DNA from: Catajapyx aquilonaris
Lineage: Eukaryota
DNA: 55,480 bases
Assembly (NCBI GenBank): GCA_000934665.2
Contig: JYFJ02000684.1
Span: 62,001-117,480, forward strand
Direction: 5' to 3'
Positions 1 to 11,869 of the stretch are shown here, piece by piece. Position numbers and translations under genes: made by a program. Under the pieces are notes generated by a model. That model ran no database searches and had not been told where the DNA came from. It saw only the letters and a program-made list of their open reading frames with translations. Position 1 is the first letter of the stretch, and every line of letters begins with the position of its first letter.

Positions 1-1210
1 TGGCTAAACATAGTCTCGTTGATAATCCTGGGCATTTCCTGCGCGTTGGTGCTGCTGCCAACATTTGAAGCCATCTTGGATTACGCCATGTACGTGTGTT
101 GATATGAGTATATACAGGAAGGTGCACAGTCCAACGTGGAGGAAGGGACGAATATTGTTCATTCCAACAACCAAACAACAATGCAGCAATGAAGGATGCA
201 CTCATTAGTCGGGATTGTTTCTTCTTTTAAAACATGGTTGCTGGATTGGGTGCCTTCCCTTCTCTTTACGTGTTTTGGCAGTTCACTGTCCTACATTTTT
301 GAATCGTGGTATGCGTGATCCAAATATCATTTATTTCCAGAGCCTCAGGTTGCTCCGACAGCTTGGGCACTTACAGCGTTGTTGCAGGACTCTGGTCGTG
401 CATGTATTCTCTGGGGTAAGTTTAAATAACACATCAGGAGTATTAGGGACAATCTGTCACAGCAACACAGAGACTACAATAAATTCATAGTGCACAAAAA
501 CTGGCTGTACCAGTGTGCTCCTATACACAGTGTTAGGAGTTAAATATATCAAAATAATGGAAGGCTGTGCACTACTACAACAATATTAACTAATTTCAGG
601 GAAGTGGTTGGTCCATCTTTAGGAGGAGTATTACTGGACAACTATGGCTTTCCGGTGTGTTCAAGCGTGATGGCCGCCATGTGCATCGTTTTGGTAAGCA
701 ATTGTTGGCTGGGAACAAACTGAGAACAGAATGAATAAAAGGCTCTAATAATACCGCACTTCAATTACGATCAGGCAACCGGTCCTAATATGAAATGCCA
801 TTGCGGTAGAAAAATATCGTTGCTTATACTAATGTTGCCAGACCAGATCAATCCGTGTTCCAGTTGCAGTCCTGTACGTGTGATGTGGCAAGCGTGCTAA
901 AAAATATCCCCCAATGATTCACATGCAGGCAGTTGGAGTTCAGCTGTTCTTCTGCTGGTGGGGCCCATTGGACTTGCCAGAGTCTGAAACCACTGATTCA
1001 GACAGTGCCCTGATGAACGACAGCTGCTCCTCTGTTCTGGAGAAGCTGTCCAGGTCTTCCTCCTTAACGGACGAAAGGAGTCCCCTCCTGTCCTCGCAAA
1101 ACGGGCACTCGGGACTAAGAAACCCGGGACACATCCTGTCCATGCAGTTCAAAGACCACAAACCGGTCAAGACGGTCATGATTTCAAGCTCTGGCGCCTG
1201 CGAGGTCTGA
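1..1210 (+). CDS. SLC18B1: SLC18B1-like MFS transporter, paralogue A (3' part; gene starts upstream of the window)
   Basis: Manually spliced exons <1-89, 341-415, 600-693, 929-1210 with GT-AG introns give WLNIVSLIILGISCALVLLPTFEAILDYAI/ASGCSDSLGTYSVVAGLWSCMYSLG/EVVGPSLGGVLLDNYGFPVCSSVMAAMCIVL/AVGVQLFFC...TDERSPLL...ACEV*. Collinear with the last exons of paralogues B-D and matches recalled SLC18B1 TM10-12 motifs. Confidence 0.88.
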
Positions 1211-1895
1211 ACGTCACCCTCCTTATGCTCTGTGATATACGTAAAATAATATTGTTACCTTACACCAATTGTTATTTCACTCTTGTTACTCACGACTGCT
1301 CATTTACGTTTCATTAAAAGAACCATCGTGTTTTTACAAAATTGTTTGATTGTTTGTATACTGTACAACCACACATCCCTTCCATTGCATTGCTCCTATA
1401 ATGGACTCCATACCCTGTAATTGGTGCTCCACTATTGTGGGTGTGACACAATCGATTAAAACTGAATTAAAATGCGCACCCGATTAAATCATCCAGGGGA
1501 AAATGTGCTGCCGTCATTCAGCCCACACGGGTTGGGGTCAATCTTAAGGTCATGGTTCGTCGGGGAATTTAGCTTCCGTGCTGTGTTTCCATCAATCGCA
1601 ATAATTCTAAGCCAATTTTCTGCAGATATCTCTTCTGCCCTTTGCGAAATGCGCAGTATAGTGTATCCGGAAACTGCCCAATTTGCATTATTCATGCAAC
1701 AATTGAGTCGACCATACTCAGCTATCACTTTGGGCTATTTGCTGCGATTTGCATTGGAAATTTCACTCGAATCATGTCTGACATGTAATAATGGTATTCC
1801 TGCATATACCGACGTGGTTTCTAAAGCCAGCCTGCTAATGGTCACCTTGACCTGCTATTGTCGAGAGCGAGTTTGGCCAAGAGATACACGTGAAA

Positions 1896-3881
1896 ATGGT
1901 CTCTCTGCAGCTGATTGTTTGCTACTTTCTTCTCTCGCAAACTGTCCAGCAAGAGTTACCAACAGTGGCCGATTTACTAGGAGGCATCGTGTCACAGCTG
2001 CTCCCAAAGTGCAGTCTGGTGATCGCCCACGACTATCCCCGCCTGCCAGACCACTTCTCGGGCATCATGAAGAACATGAGTGACCACTACCGGTTCGCGC
2101 TGACCTTTCGACCTCCGGAGTGGTTCGTGGTTCCCTCGCACAAGAGTGTGAGGGACCTGTGGGACTGGTTCGAGAGGAGGAAGAAGGCCGGTGAGTGCGT
2201 GGTGCACTTGGTGACTAGTGACACTCTGGAGGTCTTCAGGAGGGTCGCTCTCTTCCACGCATTCACCATCGCCGTAGAGGCCTTCAGGGACTACTTCGTC
2301 ATCTGGGTCAGGGAATCGTCGTCCAAACACGAGGCGCTGCTGGAGGAAGTGTCCAGAGGGTGGAAGTTCAAGGTCGAGGTCACAGGGAGTGTCGCTCGCC
2401 CTGCTGGTGAGGTGGATCTGCACACCTTGTGCTTTTACTGCGACAAAGGAGACTCCCCTCTGAAATTACTGGGCAGATACCCACCCATTTTAGGTAAGGA
2501 TGCCTTATATCCCGACATGACAAAAGAATTTAATGGCAGTCACTATAACATCCCATTCTACAAAAACCTTCGTCAGAAAGACATTGAGAAAAAAATCGTC
2601 CAGGATGGCATGTGGAGCGTCACATTCGACGAACTATCGCTGTACACGATCGGACGGCAGCTAAATTTCAAGTGGGACTGCTACCTGAAAGAAGTCTCTG
2701 CCGAAGAAATATACAAAAGCCGAATGAGCAACGGAACCTGGATTGGTTACATCGGGGAACTGATGAATGGACGCGCCGAATTCTTGCTGATCGCCCTGTA
2801 CCAAGCGGACGCCATGACACACGTCAACTACCCATTTCCATATGGCTATTCAGGATTCTACTTCGTCAGGGCCCACCCTGGTCCCGTGTGGTCCTGGCAG
2901 ACCATATTCTGGCCGTACCAAGGCTCCGTGTGGCTCTGCATCTCGTTTGGATCCCTGATCGGAATAGTGGCTGCCTGGTTCCTCCTGAAACAAAGCCCGG
3001 GTTTGATCCATCAGTCTGGGTACTCCAACGGCTCTGCAGTGTTCGTGTCCCACTACATCCTCCGGTCCTTTCTGGAGCAGCTGCCCAACAGGCCACTACC
3101 GGCGTCCAACCCCTTCAGAGTGTTTGTCGCCTTCTGGATCTTCTTCGCCATGGTCATCACCTGTGGGTACCAAGAGGCCGTCTTCTCCTTTGTGGCCGTA
3201 CCCATAAAGGAGGTGCTTCCGGACACCTTCGCTGAGTTGGTGTCCATGAAGTACGAAGTGGGAGCCGAGTACATAAACGGAATCGCATACTCAATTTTCA
3301 TAAGCGATGATGTTGACTTACCGGCGTACCAGGCCATCAAGAAAGGCCTTGCGATGCATCAGACCTACCACAGCTGCCTGCAAAGGTGCGTTGAGTCCAG
3401 GTCCGCCTGCCTTGGGATCAAGGCCATCATGGAATTGGAGGTGTGGAAGTACGCGGACCAGTCAGGATACATCCCGTACTACGACAAGACGGAGACGGCC
3501 ATCAACATATACACGGGCTTGTCCTACCCAAAAGACAGCCCTGCTTTCACCACTGGCCATCGGGGAAGCATGCACATGGTCGAGAGCGGATTGCCAGGGT
3601 TTTTGTTCAGTATGATGACCTACGCAAACCACCTTCGCTCACTGCGGACTCTGAGGAATTTCCAGTCGACTCAACAAAACCATCATGATGCTCGAGGCGA
3701 CGAGGGAAGGGACCCTTTGTCCATGTATAAATTGTACGGTCCATTTTGCCTCATATTGGTCGGATGGACCCTGAGCGTTGTCGTCTGTGCTTGCGAAATA
3801 GTGCAACGCAAAAAGACAAAGGAACTAGTCCGAAGAGAGGAGGAGGAGAATGTGCCAGGGATGCACCCATTCTTAATATGA
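1896..3881 (+). CDS. Intronless divergent ionotropic receptor (variant iGluR, chemosensory IR family), IR-1
   Basis: Uninterrupted ORF from ATG 1896 (track starts at an upstream GTG). Hydrophobic signal peptide; S1 motif NGTWIGYIGELMNGRAE; M1 after IFWPYQGSVW; pore-loop LEQ; M2 RVFVAFWIFFAMVITCGYQ (SYTANL-equivalent); S2; last TM PLSMYKLYGPFCLILVG..E. This is the standard IR architecture. Confidence 0.92.
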   Translation: MVSLQLIVCYFLLSQTVQQELPTVADLLGGIVSQLLPKCSLVIAHDYPRLPDHFSGIMKNMSDHYRFALTFRPPEWFVVPSHKSVRDLWDWFERRKKAGECVVHLVTSDTLEVFRRVALFHAFTIAVEAFRDYFVIWVRESSSKHEALLEEVSRGWKFKVEVTGSVARPAGEVDLHTLCFYCDKGDSPLKLLGRYPPILGKDALYPDMTKEFNGSHYNIPFYKNLRQKDIEKKIVQDGMWSVTFDELSLYTIGRQLNFKWDCYLKEVSAEEIYKSRMSNGTWIGYIGELMNGRAEFLLIALYQADAMTHVNYPFPYGYSGFYFVRAHPGPVWSWQTIFWPYQGSVWLCISFGSLIGIVAAWFLLKQSPGLIHQSGYSNGSAVFVSHYILRSFLEQLPNRPLPASNPFRVFVAFWIFFAMVITCGYQEAVFSFVAVPIKEVLPDTFAELVSMKYEVGAEYINGIAYSIFISDDVDLPAYQAIKKGLAMHQTYHSCLQRCVESRSACLGIKAIMELEVWKYADQSGYIPYYDKTETAINIYTGLSYPKDSPAFTTGHRGSMHMVESGLPGFLFSMMTYANHLRSLRTLRNFQSTQQNHHDARGDEGRDPLSMYKLYGPFCLILVGWTLSVVVCACEIVQRKKTKELVRREEEENVPGMHPFLI

Positions 3882-4633
3882 CCTTGCAAATCTCTCAGTC
3901 TGTAATAATTTATTATCGTCATGGCACTGTTCTGTATTAGGCTGCGTGAATCAGACATTTTAAAGCCTGCCAGATTTTCGATTATAATTCTTCAAATGGG
4001 GCCAATATGGGACCAATCAGTTTTGTGTTATCAAGTCTCACATCTTTATGACCAGTACTTTTCCGATTCACTTGTCAGTCATGATACTCATCAGATTAAC
4101 AATATTGAACTTAGAAAAGGTCGTGCCATTACTTAATTTGAATGTCACAATGAAATGCACTCTCCACATTAATGGCACTCATTTGTATTTGATTGGAATT
4201 AGTGTCTTACAATCCTCTTGTTTTGCTCTCTGTCATTGTGATGTACGAATTTATTGCAACCTTAGCGGAATAAAAATAATGGTACAGTGGTATCGTAATT
4301 CTGAGTTCATATCCCTCATTCTTGGAATGAATCAATCTATTTGCGCTCTGTAATGGCGTTTCCATGAACAGTCGGAAGCGTTCGTTAATTTTTCACTACC
4401 TCAGTTCCCACGGCCACAAAGCAATTCAGATATTGCAATATATATTTTGCAATAGCAGCCGTCTATGTGTCAATCGATTCGACGCCCAGAATAAGTACAG
4501 TGCATGGGCTCTGTAGTCACTATACCGGTATATCGTTTGCGCAATCGGTACTTACTCTGATGAGCCCCACGAAATTGTATTGCTATAGAGTCAAAGTCGC
4601 AGTGTCTACCGAACAACAAAGCAGCAGAAAACC

Positions 4634-6574
4634 ATGGACGAAGTTCGCATCTACGTTGTAATCGGACTCATTGCTCTCTCCCAGTGCGTGTCGTGCCATC
4701 AATCTCAGCAGGAGCATTGGATCTTGGAAGATTTCATCCGCGACGTAACGTCTATCATTCTGCCAAAATGCAGTCTGGTCATTTCACACGACTTTGATCA
4801 CCTACCGCACGGGCTCAGCGCAGTGATGAAGAACATGAGTGACCACTACCGGTTCGCGCTGACCTTTCGACCTCCGGAGTGGTTCGTGGTTCCCTCGCAC
4901 AAGAGTGTGAGGGACCTGTGGGACTGGTTCGAGAGGAGGAAGAAGGCCGGTGAGTGCGTGGTGCACTTGGTGACTAGTGACACTCTGGAGGGCTTCAGGA
5001 GGGTCGCTCTCTTCCACGCATTCACCATCGCCGTAGAGTCCTTCAGGGACTACTTCGTCATCTGGGTCAGGGAATCGTCGTCCAAACACGAGGCGCTGCT
5101 GGAGGACGTGTCCAGAGGGTGGAAGTTCAAGGTCGAGGTCACAGGGAGTGTCACTCGTCCTGGTGGGGTGGATCTGCACACCTTGTGCTTCTACTGCGAC
5201 AACGGGGATCCGGAGGTGAAGTTGTTGGGAAGATATCCTGGAATGCTGCCGATGACGTCAGAAGCAGTGTTTCTCGACATGACAACGAACCTCAACAACA
5301 AATCCTTCAGAATTCCCCTGAGCGGCAGCAGAGACATTTCGCAGGAACTGGTCGAATCGAAGATGCAACAGCATGGGAAGTGGGCCTTGGATTACCTCGA
5401 ATTATGCCACCACTTCTTCGGGCAGTTATTTAATTTTAGATGGTCTTGCTACGCCAAGGATGTCGTGCCTGCTCAGATCTACCGGAGTAGAATGGATAAC
5501 GGAAGCTGGATGGGAACAATCGAAGAGGTGCTTTATGGACGAGGTGACATCATATCCATCGCGCTGAACAAAGAAGACGCCATGTCTCACGTCAACTACG
5601 TGTTCCCCGCCTTCTTCACCGGGTTCTACTTCGTCACCGCCGAAGCAGGACCGGTCTGGTCCTGGAAGACCATCTTTTGGCCATACCAAGGCCCCGCATG
5701 GTCTTTCATTTTGGCCGGAACTGCCCTGGGAATATTGGCAGCTTGGATTTTTCTGATGGACATCGATTTTAAGCAAATGGAAGCATTTCAGTTCGCTTCG
5801 CAGTATTTGCTCCAGTCGTACCTCGAGCAGCTGCCCAACCGTCCTGTACCGTCCTCCAACCCGTTCAGGGTGTTTGTCTCCTTCTGGCTGTTTTATGCCA
5901 TGGTCATCACCTGCGGGTACCAGGAAATGGTCTTCTCCTTCGTGGCCACACCAGCCAGAGAGGTGCTGCCTGTGACATTCGACGACCTGGTGTCGATGAA
6001 ATACGAGGTTGGAGCCCAGCATTTCAACCTTCTGGCTTATGGCATATTCCTCCGTGACCTTGACCTTCCGACGCACCAAGCCATCAGAGAAAAGCTGTCC
6101 TTGCATCCTACGTACGGAGAATGCTTCAGGAGGTGCCAGGAAGCCAGAGCCGCGTGTCTGGGAGTGAAGATGCTGATGGAGATGGAGCTGTGGAAGGAGG
6201 CTGATGAATCAGGCGGATACATGGACAGGTCAGAGGTCGCCCTCAACATGTTCGTCGGACCAGCAATACCAAAAGACCTCCCTGCATTTGCTAGAGTCGA
6301 CAAGGTGATGAGACGCGTATTCGAAACCTCCATACTGAATCATTTCGCTGACATGGTGTCTCACACCAATTACCTTCGCTCTCTTCGATACAGACGTTCT
6401 CTGATTAAGGATGTTGGCGACACCGAAGATGAACAAGTGTCACCGCTGACCATCAAAAAGTTGTACGGGCCCTATTGGCTACTTCTCATCGGGTGGACCG
6501 CCAGTCTGGCCGTCTTGGGTTACGAAATGACCAAGCACGGGTGCTGTGCTAGAGTTGAAGAGAGGCTTCCGTAA
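4634..6574 (+). CDS. Intronless divergent ionotropic receptor, IR-2 (tandem paralogue of IR-1)
   Basis: 646-aa ORF with signal peptide, NGSWMGTIEEVLYGRGD, IFWPYQGPAW, LEQ pore loop, RVFVSFWLFYAMVITCGYQ and PLTIKKLYGPYWLLLIG; alignable along its length to IR-1. Confidence 0.92.
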   Translation: MDEVRIYVVIGLIALSQCVSCHQSQQEHWILEDFIRDVTSIILPKCSLVISHDFDHLPHGLSAVMKNMSDHYRFALTFRPPEWFVVPSHKSVRDLWDWFERRKKAGECVVHLVTSDTLEGFRRVALFHAFTIAVESFRDYFVIWVRESSSKHEALLEDVSRGWKFKVEVTGSVTRPGGVDLHTLCFYCDNGDPEVKLLGRYPGMLPMTSEAVFLDMTTNLNNKSFRIPLSGSRDISQELVESKMQQHGKWALDYLELCHHFFGQLFNFRWSCYAKDVVPAQIYRSRMDNGSWMGTIEEVLYGRGDIISIALNKEDAMSHVNYVFPAFFTGFYFVTAEAGPVWSWKTIFWPYQGPAWSFILAGTALGILAAWIFLMDIDFKQMEAFQFASQYLLQSYLEQLPNRPVPSSNPFRVFVSFWLFYAMVITCGYQEMVFSFVATPAREVLPVTFDDLVSMKYEVGAQHFNLLAYGIFLRDLDLPTHQAIREKLSLHPTYGECFRRCQEARAACLGVKMLMEMELWKEADESGGYMDRSEVALNMFVGPAIPKDLPAFARVDKVMRRVFETSILNHFADMVSHTNYLRSLRYRRSLIKDVGDTEDEQVSPLTIKKLYGPYWLLLIGWTASLAVLGYEMTKHGCCARVEERLP

Positions 6575-7825
6575 TGGAGGTCCTCTAACACACTGCAGAT
6601 TATGCTATCAAAATTTCGGCACACTCGTTCTGTGTATCGATAATCTGATAAACAATTCATTTGCCAACAAGATAGTGATAATAAGCCACGTACGCAGGCA
6701 TCAGAAACCAACTAAAGTGTAGGTGAACAAGTACAAGTGCAACCGGAACTACTATAGTAATTCAAGAGCACGTTTATTGCGACACACATCTGAGTGATAT
6801 ACTGTACCATACAAAGGTAATATCTTATTAAGATCATGCTTGCATCATGTTACTCACTGTCAGTTACCTGCCAAGTATGTAATCAACATGGCCGATAGCA
6901 ATTATTGTGCCATAGCTTACCTGTGATGTGCACAATGTTTGGCCATAAGGACAGGTTAATGGTGAGTGCTTTTGCATACATCATTGCTTTAAATTGCGAA
7001 TTTTTAATCGTTACTCTGGTATAGACACTTACTGAAACTTTTTAATTGTATTTCGCATATTGTTATCTGCGTGTGGTACGCTAATGATAACCCTAATTGT
7101 TAACCGATAAGCAGCATGACGATGTGAAACTCATTGATTTGGGTTCAATGTAATGGGTCACATGAAGCATTGGTTTGCGCAATATGTCGGAGCGTCTTAT
7201 TATCGTCTGAACTTAATTAGGGTATTCCGCATTGGCACTTGGAATTACTAAGATATGGGTTGGTTTACAAACATAGTCCATTGCGCAAAGGCCATTTGTC
7301 GCGGTACTTATTATACTGACCTACATCCCCCCGCATCATGATGATGTTTACAGTGCCAAATGTCAACTGATAAATTCGTGAGAATATTATTTCGTCACAA
7401 TTTCCATAGGATTTCGTCAGTCGCAGTGAATATTTCTTCACGCTCTACGTACGTTGCATTTGATATCATTTTGGGGCCAAGGGGGGTCTCATTTCCTTAA
7501 ACTTATATGATTTATTATAGCAATAATTCTGTCACACAGAGATTTTCAACATACTTTATTGTGTGTGTATACTGTGGTCCGAATCATCTCCATATAGAGT
7601 TCATTCTCTTCTGGATACGTCCACAAACTTCGGATCGATGAGTCCTTATCTCGCAGTGGTCAGTTGACTTTACGGTTCACAGGTTGTGGAGATACGGCCG
7701 ACGGCATTCAGTATCATTGCCTTCGCAGTTGTCGTCTGAAACCAGAGTGGAGCTTCTTACAACTAACTGTTGCTAGTTGCAGCTGAAACGGCTGCTTCTT
7801 CGCCAGCACATACGACACTGGTGCA

Positions 7826-10800
7826 ATGGACGGAACACGTGAGTATAATCCCTACACCATGGCTGTGCTAGCCACAAGTACTTCCAAGAAAAAGAATTGC
7901 GGTATTGAAAAAAAAGAGACACACGATTCGACGAATAAGACAGTTGACATCCTTCCGAAAAGGGGGACAGGCTACTTTGACAATGAGTTTTGTCGACTAA
8001 CGCAGTGGCTCCACAAAAATAATATTATGCCATGCGAGATACGAAATCTCACCAGGGAAATCGCTTATAACTTTAACACTCTGCATATCATTTGCCCCTG
8101 GGCCGCCCTGCCCCTGACCCACACAGCGATAGTAGGCCTGTTAAAATATAATATGTACACAATATCGTATATTGCCCCTGTGCTTCCATGCTGACATCGT
8201 TCCTATGAGATGAATATATTGGTCAAAAAGTATATGCTTTTAACACCTGTAAATTTTCAGCAAGTTAAAGGACAGGCATAGAGCTACGCAGGTCATGGTC
8301 ATTTTGTTCTCGTGATTTTGAGTAGCTCGACTTATCTACAGTAAGAACTGATTATCATTATGTTCTGCGAAGTCTATGAACTTGATATCAGTGCATTCTC
8401 TTCAAAATGTCAGCTCGGAATTGCAGAAAGTTGACCTCACGTTTATATGAGTTTACATGCAAGTATACATTTGTGACTTTAGACATTTCGACCTGAACTT
8501 CTATTATCAACAGTGATATGGTTATTTAAAATGTATCCCCATATATTTACACGAGTTTTCATCAATATATTTCGTGAGACAAAGGTTTATTCTGGCTGAG
8601 GGAATATGTGTATAGTTTAAAAAGAAAACAAATTCCAACTGGATCTCATAATGTAAATACAACGCAATATTTCGTGCGTCTGTGAATGACACCCATGTCA
8701 TTTAAGAGATAGAGATGAAACATTATGGTAACCTTGCATAACACAGACCAGGAGGACACATAACAAGATGTTTAAATAAACATAAAGCTGATCTGTCAGC
8801 ATGGATAGATTTTTCTAGAGGGGCAAGTTCCAACCAAACTGTTGGCATATATTTGTATAGCGGAAGTCAAACCTGAAACATTGTTTGCAGACTGTGCTAC
8901 CTATACTACAAGTCCGTTCCGTTACCGGTACAGCTTGCAACATCATGTTTATCTACCCAATTATCACATGTTGCTTGAGTAATTCTTTTAAAATTAAAAA
9001 AAAATAGTGTAATATATTAAGCAGTAACCCAGCAGTCCTGTGCCAAACTTTCAAACTACAGCAGAACAAGAGAAGCAGGTTTTATTCAACTGGTTTATTC
9101 CAGTAAACCACAGTCACCTACTTTATGAATGACCCATGCATATAATATCGTTCAGGTATTACCATGGACGAAGGCGGAGTGCACAGAGAAAACTCTATTC
9201 CGAACAACAACGTGTCAAATGGACATCTACTAGACTCTACTTGCGAGCTTCCGAAACCCCTAAACAGGAATGGCTTCCATCATGAGCAACAACTACTACA
9301 GGATGGACGTTTATCCCCGGTTCACAGCAGTATTCCATCAGAATCGTCCACCACCACCAGCAAACCTCAGAAGAAGGTGGGCTTCCTCAGGAGCATAACC
9401 AGGAAGCAAAAGATCATCCTGGCCTCTCTGGCCTGGATGCATTTCACCAACTTCTGCGCTCTCAGTATACTAGCGCCATTCTTTCCGCGAGAAGTGAGTC
9501 CATCATCATACCACACATATATACAAATTCAGCAAATTATGTAATTTACTGACGGTTCTTTTTATTTTTCTTTACAATCCGCAGGCGGAGTTGAAGGGAA
9601 TGTCTCCATCTGTGTCTGGATTTGTGTTCAGTTGTTTCGCCATCGTATTCACCATAATGTCGCCCACCTGGGGGAAACTTGTAAGTATACCAAGTGTGTA
9701 ATATGCACGCAGTGAGTTCTAATAATAGGCCTATTAAAATACCGTACTGTCGCTGAAAATTTTGACATTAAAGAGGTGCTTGTTGCTGAGCATTATTCTT
9801 AGTAACTTTTAGAGCAAGCAGAAATATTAAGCTATTTTTATGAAATTTAAAGAAGCGTTCAGTTACGGTGATTAAGATGAAAAGTATTCTCCACACGGCT
9901 ATACATTTCAGAGGAAATTTTTCATTAGAGAAAGTGAGCTAGCCATAATGCATCTAGTCAATGTGAACAAAGACCAACATCACGCCAGTGTAGTCCTATA
10001 TATAGTTTTTATTATGCTAACTATTAGAATAATAATTTTAATGTTGCAGATTCCGTTTATTGGGATAAGGTTCATCATTACTGCAGGGGTGTTTGTATCA
10101 GGCACCTGTAATGTATTATTCGGGTGAGTAAACTAGACATGACCTACACAGTTGGATATGCGCATACTTGTGATTATGATGTGAACTCCATTGTTGTTGC
10201 AGGTTTTTAGATAGGGTAGAGAACCTAGAGACATTTACAATACTCTGCTTCGTTGTGAGGAGCATGGAAGCAATGGGGGCGTCTGCCTTCATGACCGGAA
10301 GCTTCACTCTGGTCACACAAGTATTCTCAAAGAACATAGGAGCCACCATGGTGAGTGTTGATGCTGCATACCTCTGAGCAGAACATGGTCGCAGTGAGCT
10401 CCAGGATGTGTGTGTGTTTTTTTAATCTTCTCATTTCTAAACATCCAAAAAGGGAACCCTGGAGACATTCATAGGAATGGGGCTGAGCATAGGACCTGCT
10501 ATAGGTGGATTTCTATACGAGGTATAGTAAGGTGTACCTGTACATTTTGTATGCTTCAAATAAATTTAACATAATGTAATAACGGTTATTCTTATTTTTA
10601 GTTAGGAGGGTACACCTTGCCTTTCCTCTCTCTCGGAATATGTATGATCGTCAACATACCTCTATATTTGTACATATTGCCCAAGGAGGAAGGTAATCTA
10701 TTTTGGAATTTCCTCTACTGTAGAAAAATAATTCAAAACTAATTATTAAACCTCTCTCATGACCTTTTCAGTTGTCGCAAATAAGTCTGGCAGCATTCTG

Positions 10801-11869
10801 GCTCTCTTAAAGAACGGTCGCATTGTCATGATTCTCATGGTCATTGTAACTCTCAGTGCCCAGTGGTGCTTCCAGGATCCAACTCTGGAGCCTCACTTGA
10901 ATCAGGTCAGTATACGAACCTCATTCTGACTATTTATCCCCATTTATACGCGCTTGGTATTTCAGTTTAACCTGAGCGCATCCCAAGTAGGGCTGTTCTT
11001 CCTGCTGGAAGCTGCTGTATACGCCATATGCTGTCCGATCTGGGGGATAGTGTCGGACAGGATGTCCAGGAAGTGGATCCTGATGGTCATCGGCCTGATT
11101 GGAAGCACCTTCTCGTTCCTTCTCCTCGGACCCTCTCCGCTGCTGCCCTTCCTGCCCAAGTAAGTCACGATGCGATGGAGTAGTAGTCTCGATTAACTTC
11201 CTGCATCTTTCCAGCACGATATGGATGAACGGTGTGTCAGTCTTCTTGATTGGTGTGTTCAATGCCATGGGATTGATTCCGACTTATCAGACCATCATTG
11301 ATTACGTGACGTAAGACAATAACAGCTGTTTTAACACACACATTTTCGATGTAATATTATGATGAAATGTATTTCAGGGATGCTTCTTCTGGGCCCGAAG
11401 TGGATTTGGGTTCGTTCAGCGTTGTGGCCGGTGTTTGGTCAGCCATGTACTCACTCGGGTAAGTATCCAAGTACCCGCAGCATAACTTCTATAAAAAATA
11501 GGCGGCGGCTATACAGTTTATGTTTTTTGAGAAGTTAGGCTGTGGGTAGTACTTTACGTGGTGCTTGTCTTTTTCAGCGAGATTTTGGGTCCTTCGTTGG
11601 GAGGTGTTCTGGTGGACAACTTTGGCTTCCCGACGACCTCCACAGTGATCGGCTTTGTGTCGACGGTGGTGGCGACCGTGCTGACCACATACTTCTGCAC
11701 CCGCGGGTCTTGCTGCAAAACCCAGACAAGGTCGTCGTCATCCTGCGAGTGTCTTAAGGAAAGTACTGAGACCACACACCTGCTGCACCATCACCAGCAT
11801 CAGGACGAAGACGGAAGCACCAGAAGGGCCTTCGGACTGCCTCTCTGGAGGTCCAAGCACGAGATTTAA
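7826..11869 (+). CDS. SLC18B1: SLC18B1-like MFS transporter, paralogue B (complete)
   Basis: Exons 7826-7838 (tentative micro-exon, in frame), 9156-9493, 9585-9680, 10050-10123, 10203-10350, 10453-10521, 10602-10692, 10772-10905, 10966-11159, 11215-11310, 11378-11458, 11578-11869; all GT-AG and in frame. Motifs SILAPFFP, LETFIGMGLSIGPAIGGFLYE, DPTLEPHL, GPSPLLPF, EILGPSLGG fit SLC18B1. Alternative start is ATG 9164. Confidence 0.92.

Noticed and set aside
4551..4600. CTGATGAG-CCCCA-CGAAA resembling a minimal hammerhead ribozyme core upstream of IR-2
   Set aside because: No convincing stem III or stem I partner around an NUH site could be built.
1472..6436. Overlapping and antisense ORFs around the IR genes (e.g. 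1472-2083, 2612-3235, 5426-6106)
   Set aside because: Shadow frames of GC-rich IR coding sequence with no recognisable protein features; the duplicated antisense ORFs simply reflect the conversion tract.
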